Shown here piece after piece: positions 26,355-35,799 of a stretch of 64,000 bases of DNA; positions within the stretch are counted from its first letter, which is position 1; each line of letters begins with the position of its first letter. The notes under the pieces were generated by a model, which did not search any database, was not told the origin of the DNA, and saw only the letters and a program-made list of their open reading frames with translations. Both the position numbers and the translations under genes were made by a program. The DNA is from an uncultured Algimonas sp. (GTDB taxonomy: Bacteria > Pseudomonadota > Alphaproteobacteria > Caulobacterales > Maricaulaceae): the NCBI RefSeq assembly GCF_947498175.1, contig NZ_CANMJB010000008.1, positions 6,234 through 70,233 on the forward strand, given 5' to 3'.

Positions 26355-28055
26355 ATGATGGATGAAACATTCAACCCGTCCACGGACGATTTCGCCGCAA
26401 TGTTCGAAGCCTCGGTCGAGGCGTCCCCCATGCGCGAAGGCAAGGTCGTCGAGGGCATCGTCACCGGCATCGAAAAAGACATGGCCATCGTCGATATCGG
26501 CCTGAAGACCGAAGGCCGCATCGAACTGCGCGAATTCTACGAACCCGGATCGGACAACCAGCTGAAGGTCGGCGACACGGTCGAGGTCTTCCTCGAACGC
26601 ATCGAGAACGCATTGGGCCAGGCCGTCCTGTCCCGCGACAAGGCGCGCCGCGAGGAGAGCTGGGTCAAGATGGCCAAGTTCCACGAGGACGAAGAGCCCG
26701 TCAAAGGCACGATCGTCGGCCGCGTCAAGGGCGGCTTCACCGTCGATCTCGGCGGGATCAACGCCTTCCTGCCCGGCTCCCAGGTGGACATCCGCCCCGT
26801 GCGCGACATCGGCCCCCTCATGGGCACGGAACAGCCGTTCCAGATCCTCAAGATGGACAAGAGCCGCGGCAACATCGTCGTGTCCCGCCGGGCCATCCTG
26901 GAAGAGAGCCGCGCCGAACAGCGCGCCGAACTGGTCGCCCAGCTGCAAGAAGGCGAAGTCCGCGAAGGCGTGGTCAAGAACATCACCGACTACGGCGCGT
27001 TCGTCGATCTCGGCGGTATCGACGGTCTGCTGCACGTCACCGACATGAGCTGGCGCCGCGTGTCCCATCCGAGCCAGGTGCTCAATGTCGGCGACACGGT
27101 TCAGGTCAAGGTCATCCGCATCAACCCGGAAACCCAGCGCATCAGCCTCGGCATGAAGCAGCTGCAGGACGATCCGTGGAACGCGGCCGCCGCGAAATAC
27201 ACGCCCGGCACACGCCATACGGGCCGCGTCACGAACATCGCCGACTACGGGGCGTTCATCGAGCTGGAAGAGGGCGTCGAAGGCTTGGTCCACGTCTCGG
27301 AGATGTCCTGGACCAAGAAGAACGTCCATCCCGGCAAGATCGTCTCCACCTCCCAGGAAGTGGAAGTCGAGATCCTCGACGTGGACGAAGAGAAGCGCCG
27401 CATCTCGCTCGGCCTCAAGCAGGTCCAGGCGAACCCGTGGGACAGCTTCACCGACCGTTTCCCGGTCGGCAGCACGATCTCCGGCGAAGTCAAATCCGTC
27501 ACCGAATTCGGCCTGTTCATCGGGCTGGAGGACGATATCGACGGCATGGCGCACCTGTCCGACCTGTCCTGGGAGAAGTCCGGCGAGGAAGCCCTCAAGG
27601 ACTACAAGAAGGGCGACATGGTCGAGGCCAAGATCCTCGAAGTGGATGTGGAGAAGGAGCGCATCAGCCTCGGCCTCAAGCAGCTGGAACGCGACACCAT
27701 GCCGGCGGGCGCCAAGTCGTTCGGAAAAGGCAATGTCGTGACCTGCACGGTCACCAACGTCCAGCCGGCCGGTCTCGACGTCAGCTTCGGCGAAGAAGAC
27801 AATCTCGTCGCGGCCTTCATCCGCAAGGGCGATCTGTCGCGCGACCGCTCCGAGCAGCGGCCCGAGCGCTTCGCCGTCGGCGACAAGGTCGACGCCATGA
27901 TCACCCGCGTGGACCGCAAGACGCGCCAATACGGCCTGTCCATCAAGGCGCTGGAGATCAACCAGGAGAAGGAAGCGGTCGCACAATACGGCTCTTCGGA
28001 CTCCGGGGCGTCGCTCGGCGACATTCTGGGTGCGGCCCTGAAGGACCAAGACTAA
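26355..28055 (+). CDS. rpsA: 30S ribosomal protein S1
   Basis: 566 aa with six S1 repeats (for example GVVKNITDYGAFVDLGGIDGLLHVTDMSW and GRVTNIADYGAFIELEEGVEGLVHVSEMSW). Confidence 0.97.
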   Translation: MMDETFNPSTDDFAAMFEASVEASPMREGKVVEGIVTGIEKDMAIVDIGLKTEGRIELREFYEPGSDNQLKVGDTVEVFLERIENALGQAVLSRDKARREESWVKMAKFHEDEEPVKGTIVGRVKGGFTVDLGGINAFLPGSQVDIRPVRDIGPLMGTEQPFQILKMDKSRGNIVVSRRAILEESRAEQRAELVAQLQEGEVREGVVKNITDYGAFVDLGGIDGLLHVTDMSWRRVSHPSQVLNVGDTVQVKVIRINPETQRISLGMKQLQDDPWNAAAAKYTPGTRHTGRVTNIADYGAFIELEEGVEGLVHVSEMSWTKKNVHPGKIVSTSQEVEVEILDVDEEKRRISLGLKQVQANPWDSFTDRFPVGSTISGEVKSVTEFGLFIGLEDDIDGMAHLSDLSWEKSGEEALKDYKKGDMVEAKILEVDVEKERISLGLKQLERDTMPAGAKSFGKGNVVTCTVTNVQPAGLDVSFGEEDNLVAAFIRKGDLSRDRSEQRPERFAVGDKVDAMITRVDRKTRQYGLSIKALEINQEKEAVAQYGSSDSGASLGDILGAALKDQD

Positions 28056-28128
28056 GGCGACCTGAAGGGCGGCTTGGCCGCCACAATCGTGCCGCAATCG
28101 CGGTTGGAATTGACTTATGATGGTTCAA

Positions 28129-28162
28129 CCCTGCCCGGATCGCTCCGGGCGGGGCTTTTTTT
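28129..28162 (+). terminator. Rho-independent terminator of rpsA
   Basis: ccctgcccgga-tcgc-tccgggcgggg (11-bp stem with one G-U pair) followed by cttttttt. Confidence 0.85.
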
Positions 28163-28221
28163 AACCGCAAGGACAGGTTAGTCCTTGACGGGTTGCGGTC
28201 GGACGCGGTTTACACGGCGCC

Positions 28222-28524
28222 ATGCTGCGCTCTGAGCTCATCGACAAGCTCCATGAAGAAAACCCGCATTTAACGCGGCGGGACATGGAACGCGTGGTCG
28301 CCGTGGTCCTGGAAACCGTGACGCAGACGCTCGAACGCGGCGCGCGGGTCGAGCTGCGCGGTTTCGGAGCCTTTTCCGTTCGTCATCGCCAGGCGCGCGC
28401 CGGACGCAATCCGCGTACGGGCGAACCGGTCGCGGTGCCGGAAAAGCATGTGCCGTTTTTCCGCACCGGCAAGGATCTGCGCGAGAACATCGACGCCTCG
28501 CGCGAGGCCAACGGGCCTTGCTGA
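28222..28524 (+). CDS. ihfB: integration host factor subunit beta
   Basis: 100 aa. [10 protein letters not shown]...[45 protein letters not shown]. cmk-rpsA-ihfB order. Confidence 0.93.
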   Translation: MLRSELIDKLHEENPHLTRRDMERVVAVVLETVTQTLERGARVELRGFGAFSVRHRQARAGRNPRTGEPVAVPEKHVPFFRTGKDLRENIDASREANGPC

Positions 28525-28613
28525 GGGTCGAGACGGCCTTTCAAACCGTTCACACCGTTTTATAGTCCGGCCGGGGCGGTGCCAGGCCGGCCCGCATTGC
28601 ATAGGGTTATCGC

Positions 28614-29036
28614 ATGGGTATGATTTCGGAATTCAAGCAGTTCGCCGTCGAGGGCAATCTGGTGGACATGGCCGTGGGCTTCGTCATGGGCTCGGCCTTC
28701 GCCACAGTGACCAAGGACTTCATCGACGGCGTGTTCATGCCCGCGCTGCAGCCGGTCATGGGCGGGATCGACCTGTCGGAATGGCGCATGGTGCTGCGCG
28801 AAGCCGAGGTCGCCGCCGACGGGACGGTCATCGATCCGGGTTGGATCATCAATTGGGGGCAGTTCCTCACGTCGCTCATCACTTTCGTCATCGTGGCTTT
28901 CGTCATGTTTCTGATCATCAAGGGCATGAACAAGGCCAAGAAGAAGGAAGAGGCCGCGCCGTCCGCGCCGCCCGCCAACGAGGTGCTTCTGGCCGAAATC
29001 CGCGACCTGCTCGCCCGTCAGAACGCCAAGATGTAG
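28614..29036 (+). CDS. mscL: large-conductance mechanosensitive channel
   Basis: 140 aa. MISEFKQFAVEGNLVDMAVGFVMGSAF... and two TM helices; canonical MscL N-terminus. Confidence 0.93.
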   Translation: MGMISEFKQFAVEGNLVDMAVGFVMGSAFATVTKDFIDGVFMPALQPVMGGIDLSEWRMVLREAEVAADGTVIDPGWIINWGQFLTSLITFVIVAFVMFLIIKGMNKAKKKEEAAPSAPPANEVLLAEIRDLLARQNAKM

Positions 29037-29112
29037 CGATCGGTCCCGATCGATCGGGAACTTTCGGGGCGCTGTCCGCTATATTAGGCATAGTTTCGCC
29101 TGCGGAGGTTCC

Positions 29113-29985
29113 ATGGTCTATCGTCGTTCACCACTCGGTCGCGCCGGTCTCGGAGGGCGGTCCGTGCGTCGCCGCGGCGGAGGGTTCCGCTGGCCGGTCA
29201 TGATCCTCTTCGCCGTCGGGGCGGCGATCTACTACTTCATGAACCAGGAAACCGTGCCGTTCACGGAGCGCAAGCAGCTGCGCACGATGAACGTGGACCA
29301 GGAAATGCAGCTCGGCCTGCAGAGCTATCAGCAGATCCTGTCCGACTCCAACGTCCTGACGGATGGTCCCGTCGTCGAAGTGGTGCAGGAAATCGGCGCG
29401 CGCATCGCTCGCGCCGCGCAAGCCGAAGACCCGGGTTTCGAATGGGCGTTCAATGTGATCGACAGCGACCAGGTCAACGCCTTCGCGCTGCCGGGCGGAT
29501 ATACCGCCGTCTATACCGGGCTGATCCCGGTGGCCCAGAACGAGGATGGTCTGGCCGTGGTGATGGGTCACGAAGTCGCCCACGCCCTGGCCCATCACGG
29601 CGCCGAGCGTATGGCGCAGCAGAACATGCAGCGCATCGTCGGCGCGGGCGTCGCCATGGGTGCGGGCGGCATGGACTACGAAGCCCAGCGCATGGTGATG
29701 GGGGTGTTCGGCGGCATCAGCCAGTATGGCTACGCGCTGCCCTTTTCGCGCAAGCACGAGTCCGAGGCCGATTATATCGGGCTGATCCTGATGGCGCGCG
29801 CCTGCTACGATCCGCGCGAAGCGCCGCGCCTGTGGGAACGCATGGCGGCGGCCGGCGGCGCGACCCCGCCCGAATTCCAGAGCACCCACCCATCGCCGGA
29901 AACGCGCATCAGCGATTTCCAGACCTGGATGCCCGAAGCCGTCGAGATCTACAATCGGAACTGCCCCAGCGACATTTCGCTATAG
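29113..29985 (+). CDS. M48-family zinc metallopeptidase
   Basis: HEVAHALAHH (HExxH) plus a downstream ESEADYIGL glutamate. N-terminal TM segment. 290 aa. Confidence 0.87.
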   Translation: MVYRRSPLGRAGLGGRSVRRRGGGFRWPVMILFAVGAAIYYFMNQETVPFTERKQLRTMNVDQEMQLGLQSYQQILSDSNVLTDGPVVEVVQEIGARIARAAQAEDPGFEWAFNVIDSDQVNAFALPGGYTAVYTGLIPVAQNEDGLAVVMGHEVAHALAHHGAERMAQQNMQRIVGAGVAMGAGGMDYEAQRMVMGVFGGISQYGYALPFSRKHESEADYIGLILMARACYDPREAPRLWERMAAAGGATPPEFQSTHPSPETRISDFQTWMPEAVEIYNRNCPSDISL

Positions 29986-29988
29986 CGC

Positions 29989-31878
29989 CTACTGCCCGGC
30001 GGCTGTCGCCAGTTCGATCCGGTCGAGCAGGCTGTTGAGCCGGTCGCGGCGGACGAGATCGTCGGGCTTGGCGGTGCGTGGCAAAGAGGCGAAAGGCCGC
30101 TCAGACAAGGCCGCACCCATCACATCGGAGAAGACCTGAGCCGGGATCGTTCCGCCTGTGATCCGGTCCATCGGCGCGTTGGCATCGTTGCCGATCCACA
30201 CCCCCAACGTCAGGTCCGGCGCGTAGCCGACGAACCAGGCGTCGCGGTTGCCGTTCGTCGTCCCGGTTTTGCCCGCGACCTCGCGGTCCGCTATGAGCGC
30301 CCGTCGGCCCGTGCCGCGCTCCACCGTGCCGACCAGCATCCGGTTCATGTGCCGGACTTCTTCCGCACTCAGCACCCGGCGCGGCGCGGGCGGGTCACGG
30401 TGGTACAGCGGCGTTCCGTCCGCCGTGGCGATGGAGATCAGGCCGTAGGGCGCCCATGCGTCCCCGCCAGTGGAAAAGGGGAGATAGGCTTCCGTCATGT
30501 CGATCACGCTCACCCCTTGCGCACCCAGCGCGAGGGATGCGTAGGGCTTGAGATCCTCGAGCCCGAGCTGGGCGGCCGTCGCCACGACCCGGTGCCGCCC
30601 GGCCTGTTCGGAGACCTTGACCGCGACCGTGTTGATCGACCGGGCGAGCGCATCCTCCAGCGCGATCGGCCCGGCGAACGTTTTCGAGAAGTTGCGCGGC
30701 GTCCAGCCGTCCACCGTGATCGGCGAGTCGGTGCTCATCGTCCAGGGTTTCAACCCGGCGCGCAGCGCGGCGAGATAGACGATGGGCTTGAACGCGCTGC
30801 CGGGCTGGCGCCGGGCTTGCACCGCGCGGTTGTACTGGCTTTCCGAATAGTCCGCGCCGCCGACCATGGCGAGCACATCGCCGCGGCCGCCCAGGAGCAC
30901 GGCGGCGCCTTGGTCCGCGCCGCGTGACGGGTCCAGATAGGCGGCGAGCGCGGCCTGCGTGGCGCGCTGCAAGTCCGCATCGAGGCTGACCTGGATGACC
31001 ATGTCGCGATTGGGCACGCCGACGCGCCGTTCGATCTCCGGCCAGATCCAGTCGATGAACCCGTCCGGCGTGGCCGACCGTCGCGGCATGAGGACCGATA
31101 CCGGCGCGGCCAGCGCCGCATCCAGCGCGCCTTCGCCCAGCAGGTCCTGCCGGTCCATGGCGCGCAGGACGGTGCGCATCCGGGCCGCCGAATCGTTCGG
31201 ATTGTGCGCCGGGTTCAGTGCCGACGGCGCCTTGAGCAGTCCGGCCAGCAGGGCGGCTTCGGACAGGCTGATATCGTCCGGCGTTCGTCCGAAATAGGTC
31301 TGGGTCGCGGCTTCGAGCCCCCAGGCCCCGCCGCCGAAATAGACGCGGGACAGATAGAGCCGCAGCAGTTCGTTCTTGGTGAAACGCCGTTCCAGCCAGA
31401 TCGCGACGATCATTTCCTGCGCCTTGCGGTTCAGGGTCTGTTCCGGTGTCAGGAAGACGTTCTTGGTCAATTGCTGCGTCAGGGTCGACCCACCTTCGAC
31501 CACGCGTCCCGCCCGCAGGTTCGCCACGGTCGCCCTGGCCAGACCGTAAGGGTCGATGCCGCTATGGGCGTAGAAGCGGCGGTCCTCGGTCGCCAGCACG
31601 GCTTGGCGCACATGGGCGGGCACGTTCGCGATCGGCATTGGCTCCAATGCGTGCGCGCCGCGCACGGCGATGTCGCGCCCTTGCCGGTCCATGAACTGGA
31701 TCGAAGGCGGGCGGTTGTCCTCCCACAGGCGCGACGCATCGGGCAGGTCCGCGCTGACATGGGCGAAAGCGGTGAGGACGGCCATGCCGACGAGGTAGGC
31801 GCAGGCGAACCCGGCCGTCGCCGCGATGCGGCCGAAGGTCAGCAGGCGAGGCGGCAATGTCGGCAGCGCAAGGCGCAT
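29989..31878 (-). CDS. class A penicillin-binding protein (glycosyltransferase GT51 plus transpeptidase)
   Basis: 629 aa. N-terminal TM anchor. GT51 motifs EDRRFYAHSGID and GGSTLTQQL. Transpeptidase motifs SAFKP (SxxK), SIN (SxN) and KTGTT. Confidence 0.9.
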   Translation of the reverse strand: MRLALPTLPPRLLTFGRIAATAGFACAYLVGMAVLTAFAHVSADLPDASRLWEDNRPPSIQFMDRQGRDIAVRGAHALEPMPIANVPAHVRQAVLATEDRRFYAHSGIDPYGLARATVANLRAGRVVEGGSTLTQQLTKNVFLTPEQTLNRKAQEMIVAIWLERRFTKNELLRLYLSRVYFGGGAWGLEAATQTYFGRTPDDISLSEAALLAGLLKAPSALNPAHNPNDSAARMRTVLRAMDRQDLLGEGALDAALAAPVSVLMPRRSATPDGFIDWIWPEIERRVGVPNRDMVIQVSLDADLQRATQAALAAYLDPSRGADQGAAVLLGGRGDVLAMVGGADYSESQYNRAVQARRQPGSAFKPIVYLAALRAGLKPWTMSTDSPITVDGWTPRNFSKTFAGPIALEDALARSINTVAVKVSEQAGRHRVVATAAQLGLEDLKPYASLALGAQGVSVIDMTEAYLPFSTGGDAWAPYGLISIATADGTPLYHRDPPAPRRVLSAEEVRHMNRMLVGTVERGTGRRALIADREVAGKTGTTNGNRDAWFVGYAPDLTLGVWIGNDANAPMDRITGGTIPAQVFSDVMGAALSERPFASLPRTAKPDDLVRRDRLNSLLDRIELATAAGQ

Positions 31879-32328
31879 GAGGGGTCCGGAGCGAAGCGTT
31901 CGGTGACCGGGCCATGATGGTTATGAAATGGTTTATGGGTGGCTAATATCGGGAGGAATTCGTGCGGATGAGAGTGTTTGAGGCGGGTGTTTTAGGATTC
32001 GTTTTCAACTGAGCGGTTTGGGGCCTGTGTTGCCCATTCTTCGCGCATTCATCCACGCGCATCTTGTGACAAAACCCTCGGCCAGACCTCGGCATTGTTG
32101 TTGGGGTTTGGGTCAGGCACTCACCACATATCGGTCTTCGCAGACCTTACCAGACCCCGACGTTGCATCGAATGCGTGTTGTATTGCCGATGGCAGTCCC
32201 TTTGCCTGAGTCGTGCTTGCGCCGCGAGGTCCCCTTTTCGTCCTTTGAGGCGAATATCGGGCCGACGAGGTGTGCGACGATTGCCGTTGCAACCTTAGAC
32301 CCGCATGGCGGGACGCAAACCTGTGGGG

Positions 32329-34290
32329 TTAGCCTGGGAGGGTCGCCGTCGGTCCCGCCAGCGTGCTGCCGCCGGACCGCTTGGCGCCTTCGCCGCGGAC
32401 CACGTCCTGGTCGGTCGCGGCGCAGAAGCTCAGCACCGTATTGCCGCGGGCGCGGTCTTCCTGGCCGGGCTGGATGAATTCCAGTCCGCCTTGCGGGGTC
32501 TTGGCCAGGATGAGGTCCAGATCGTCGCCGCGGTCGCGATACAGGTCCTCCAGAGTATATTCATCCGAAAGCTTGGTCACGCGGAAGCGCCAGCCGTTCC
32601 ACCAGTCCCGCGTCAGCGCATCGAAGGCCCGTCCGCGCGAGGTCAAGGTCCGGCCCCGCGACGTATAGGCGATGGCGTCGTCATCGGCATCGTCGTCGCT
32701 GTTGGTGATCTGGAACACGCGGTGGCGGCCGAGTTCCGGCGCGAATTCGACGCTCACCAGGGCGTTGTAGGCATCGTTGGGCGTCGCGGCGATAAGGTAG
32801 TTGAATTGCGAATGGTCGAGCGAATAATCGGCGTTTTCCGACAGGACTTCGCCGAAAAACGTGTTGTGCCCGTCGAGCCGGGCCGCGCGCAGGCGCCGCC
32901 AGTTCGTGTCCGCGATCAGCACGTGCACGTCCATGTCGCGCAACGCCTTGGCCAGGCCCAGCGACCACGGATTGGCCCCGACGATCAGCACGCCGTCGCC
33001 GCCGCCGCTGCTCTGCCCCAGCGCCTTGGCCAGAGGTCCGATGAAGAATCCCGCGAACAGCACGGTGGCGAAGACAAGGGCGAAGGCGAGCGGCACGAAC
33101 AGCGCGCCCTGGTCCAGACCCAGAGCCTGCAGCTCTGCGGCGAACAGGCCGGCAACGGCCACGGCGACGATGCCGCGCGGCGCGATCAGGGCGACCAGCA
33201 GGCTCTCGCGCCAGTCCAGTCCCGACCAGAGGGTGGACAGCATGACGGCGATCGGGCGGACCAGCAGCATCATGATGCCGACGAACGCCCAGACGCGCCA
33301 TTCCAGCAGGAACGCCTGCAGGATGGCGGGCGTCAGCGTGGCGGTCAGGATGACGAACACGCCGGAGACCAGGATGATGGTGATGGTTTCCTTGAACCGC
33401 CGCATCTCGACCTGGGCGGCAAATTTCAGATTGGCCATGGTCATGCCCAGCGCCGTCACCGTCAGCAGGCCGGTTTCGTCCGCCAGCTTGTTGGACAGCA
33501 CATAGACGGCCAATACCCAGGCCAGGACGACCGGGGCTTTGAGATATTCCGGGATGTGCCCGCGCCGGAACGACCACGCCATGGCGTAGCCGGACAGGAT
33601 GCCGACCACGATGCCGAATATGGCGGCGAAGGCGAGGCGGCCGAAGATCGCCGCCGCGCTGACGCCTGTAAGCTGGAAAACGATGATCTCGTAGCCGATG
33701 ACGGCGAACAGAGCGCCGACCGGATCGTTGACGATGCCTTCCCATTTCAGCACGTTGGCGGGCCGGTTCTTCAGATGGGCTTGGCGCAGGAGCGGCATGA
33801 TGACGGTCGGCCCGGTCACGACGAACAGGCCGCCGACCATGACGGAAATCAGCAGAGGCAGGCCGACGATGTAGTAGCAGGCCGCCGCGCCGAGCGCCCA
33901 GGCGATCGGTCCACCCAGAAACACCAGGCGCAACACGGCGTTGCGGGCATTGCCCAGATCCCGGAAACGCAGATTCAACCCGCCTTCGAACAGGATGATC
34001 GCCACCGACAGGCCGATCAGCGGGCGGTAGAGTTCGCCGAAATCATTGACCGGGTCGAGCCGGAACAGCCCGATGACGGAGGCTATCTGGTGGGGAATGT
34101 TCAATTGCAGAACCGCGCCGAGCAGCGGCCCGAAGATCAGCCCCGCCAAGGCCATCAGCACGATGGCCGGGCGCTGCAACCGCCAGGCCAGCCACTGCGC
34201 GCCGATCCCCAGCACGCCGATCAGGGCGAGCTTGATCGGCAGGCTGAAGGCCGCATAATGCGCGGCATCGGCGGAGAGGGAAGCGGCCAT
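32329..34290 (-). CDS. cation:proton antiporter (Na+/H+ exchanger family) with a C-terminal cytoplasmic domain
   Basis: 653 aa. About 12 TM helices typical of CPA1-type exchangers, then a soluble ~230-aa tail beginning VLIVGANPWSLGLAKAL (Rossmann/RCK-like, tentative). Confidence 0.88.
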   Translation of the reverse strand: MAASLSADAAHYAAFSLPIKLALIGVLGIGAQWLAWRLQRPAIVLMALAGLIFGPLLGAVLQLNIPHQIASVIGLFRLDPVNDFGELYRPLIGLSVAIILFEGGLNLRFRDLGNARNAVLRLVFLGGPIAWALGAAACYYIVGLPLLISVMVGGLFVVTGPTVIMPLLRQAHLKNRPANVLKWEGIVNDPVGALFAVIGYEIIVFQLTGVSAAAIFGRLAFAAIFGIVVGILSGYAMAWSFRRGHIPEYLKAPVVLAWVLAVYVLSNKLADETGLLTVTALGMTMANLKFAAQVEMRRFKETITIILVSGVFVILTATLTPAILQAFLLEWRVWAFVGIMMLLVRPIAVMLSTLWSGLDWRESLLVALIAPRGIVAVAVAGLFAAELQALGLDQGALFVPLAFALVFATVLFAGFFIGPLAKALGQSSGGGDGVLIVGANPWSLGLAKALRDMDVHVLIADTNWRRLRAARLDGHNTFFGEVLSENADYSLDHSQFNYLIAATPNDAYNALVSVEFAPELGRHRVFQITNSDDDADDDAIAYTSRGRTLTSRGRAFDALTRDWWNGWRFRVTKLSDEYTLEDLYRDRGDDLDLILAKTPQGGLEFIQPGQEDRARGNTVLSFCAATDQDVVRGEGAKRSGGSTLAGPTATLPG

Positions 34291-34374
34291 TCGGGATCCG
34301 TCGCGACGCAGGACGTAACGACCCGCTTCAAAGGATTCGCTCTAGCGGTTGGGCTGCGGAAGGGGAAGCGCCAA

Positions 34375-34444
34375 GACAGCTCGGCCCACAGACAGCTCGG
34401 CCCACAGACGGCGCGGCCCACAAATGGCCCGGCCCGCAGACGGC
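34375..34444. repeat. 16-bp tandem repeat, about 4.4 copies
   Basis: gacagctcggcccaca (34375-90), gacagctcggcccaca (34391-406), gacggcgcggcccaca (34407-22), aatggcccggcccgca (34423-38), gacggc.. (34439-). Lies between the stop of the upstream hypothetical gene (34445) and the antiporter start (34290). Confidence 0.9.
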
Positions 34445-35131
34445 TTAGGTGGTCATCCGCTGGATATCGAAGCCGATCTCCTGCACGCCGTAGCGGCCAT
34501 TGTCGTAATCGTCGATCCGGTCCTGGAAGAACTTCATCAGATGCGCGTAGATTTCCTCAAATAGCGGCAGCAGCGCGTCGTCGGACACCGGCATGCCCAG
34601 CTTGATCTCGGGGCCGCGTTCCAGACGGACGAACATCACGTCGCCTTCCTTGCGGCAGCTCACCTTCAGCCGCATGAAATCCTTGTCCTGGGACACCCGC
34701 ACGGCCAGGCCGAAACTGATCGGCTTGAGCGGCAGATAGCCCTTGCCGGCCACTGAAAAAGCCGCCGACTGGTAGTTCTTGGCCGAAAAGCGCCCTTCCG
34801 GCGGGACCAGGAACACGCAGCCCGGCTGTTCGGACAGCCAGGCACAGAATTCGTCGCGCAAAGTCTCGGCCAAGCTGCGGATGCGTGAATAATTCTCGAA
34901 CGACCGTTCGCCGTAATTCTGCGCGACTTCGAAAAGGGCCTGCAGGCGCGGGCCGAAATCGACCTCGCCCGGGCTGGGCTTCGACCCCGAAAGCGCCGTC
35001 GTCTCCGGCGTGCCGATATCGGGTGTCGGAACCGTGTCCCGGACTGGCTCTTTCGCGACGTTGCGTTGCGGCTTTGCCTTGCCGACCACGGGTCTGGATC
35101 GGCCGGGGCGGGGTTTTCCATTTTTCGACAT
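34445..35131 (-). CDS. hypothetical protein (basic disordered N-terminus, globular C-terminal part)
   Basis: Preferred start is ATG 35131 (MSKNGKPRPGRSRPVVGKAKPQR...). No TM segment and no motif recognised. Confidence 0.5.
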   Translation of the reverse strand: MSKNGKPRPGRSRPVVGKAKPQRNVAKEPVRDTVPTPDIGTPETTALSGSKPSPGEVDFGPRLQALFEVAQNYGERSFENYSRIRSLAETLRDEFCAWLSEQPGCVFLVPPEGRFSAKNYQSAAFSVAGKGYLPLKPISFGLAVRVSQDKDFMRLKVSCRKEGDVMFVRLERGPEIKLGMPVSDDALLPLFEEIYAHLMKFFQDRIDDYDNGRYGVQEIGFDIQRMTT

Positions 35132-35292
35132 GGGCGCTCCGGTGAGGTTTGGCGGCGGAGCTGTCAAGGCCGCCGGAACAAGACGGCTGAAGCGCGTCGG
35201 TGTTCCGAACCTTGGATTGCCTTTCGCGTCGCAAAAGACTGGCACGCGACTTGAACGGCTCTGAGGTCGCTACCAATCAGGGGAGGGTGAGC

Positions 35293-35799
35293 ATGACGGC
35301 CAGATTTCCGAGGATGTTGACGGTCATGGGCTTCGCCGCGACGACCCTGACGGCTTGCGCCGCGCTGGAGTCGACGGCGGACGGGTTGTGGGACCGGACA
35401 CGGTCGGTCGCCGGTTTCGTCTCCGCGCCGGTTCGCAAGCTGTTGCGCGACGCGCCGGAAAGGGCCGCACCCGCGAAGGCCGGTACGGCGACGGATGCTA
35501 GGGCCTTCTCCGTCGCCGAGGCCGGATCGGATACCGTCGTGACTGTCCAGACAGCTCAGGTTGAGATGTTTCGTTCCGTGGAGATTCTGGAAACGGTCAG
35601 GGTAGGCCCTCTGGCCATGGACGTAATGACCGTGGACGGCGTGTCCTATGTGCGCCTGGACGGCGCGGCGCTGCTCGAAGACTGGCGCGATTGCGAAGCG
35701 GGGGCGTTGGATGCCGACGCGAAGACTTTCGAGCATTGCATGAAGGCGCGCGGCTACCGTCCGGACGCGGCCGCTATCGTGTCGTCCGGTCTTCCATAG
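35293..35799 (+). CDS. hypothetical lipoprotein
   Basis: ATG 35293, preceded by GGGGAGGGTGAGC. MTARFPRMLTVMGFAATTLTAC lipobox. 168 aa. Its 3' end overlaps the convergent SDR gene by 26 nt. Confidence 0.55.
   Translation: MTARFPRMLTVMGFAATTLTACAALESTADGLWDRTRSVAGFVSAPVRKLLRDAPERAAPAKAGTATDARAFSVAEAGSDTVVTVQTAQVEMFRSVEILETVRVGPLAMDVMTVDGVSYVRLDGAALLEDWRDCEAGALDADAKTFEHCMKARGYRPDAAAIVSSGLP

Noticed and set aside
34375-34444. The tandem 16-bp repeats as a CRISPR array.
   Set aside because: The units are contiguous with no spacers and far too short, and no cas genes are present. Reported instead as a tandem repeat.
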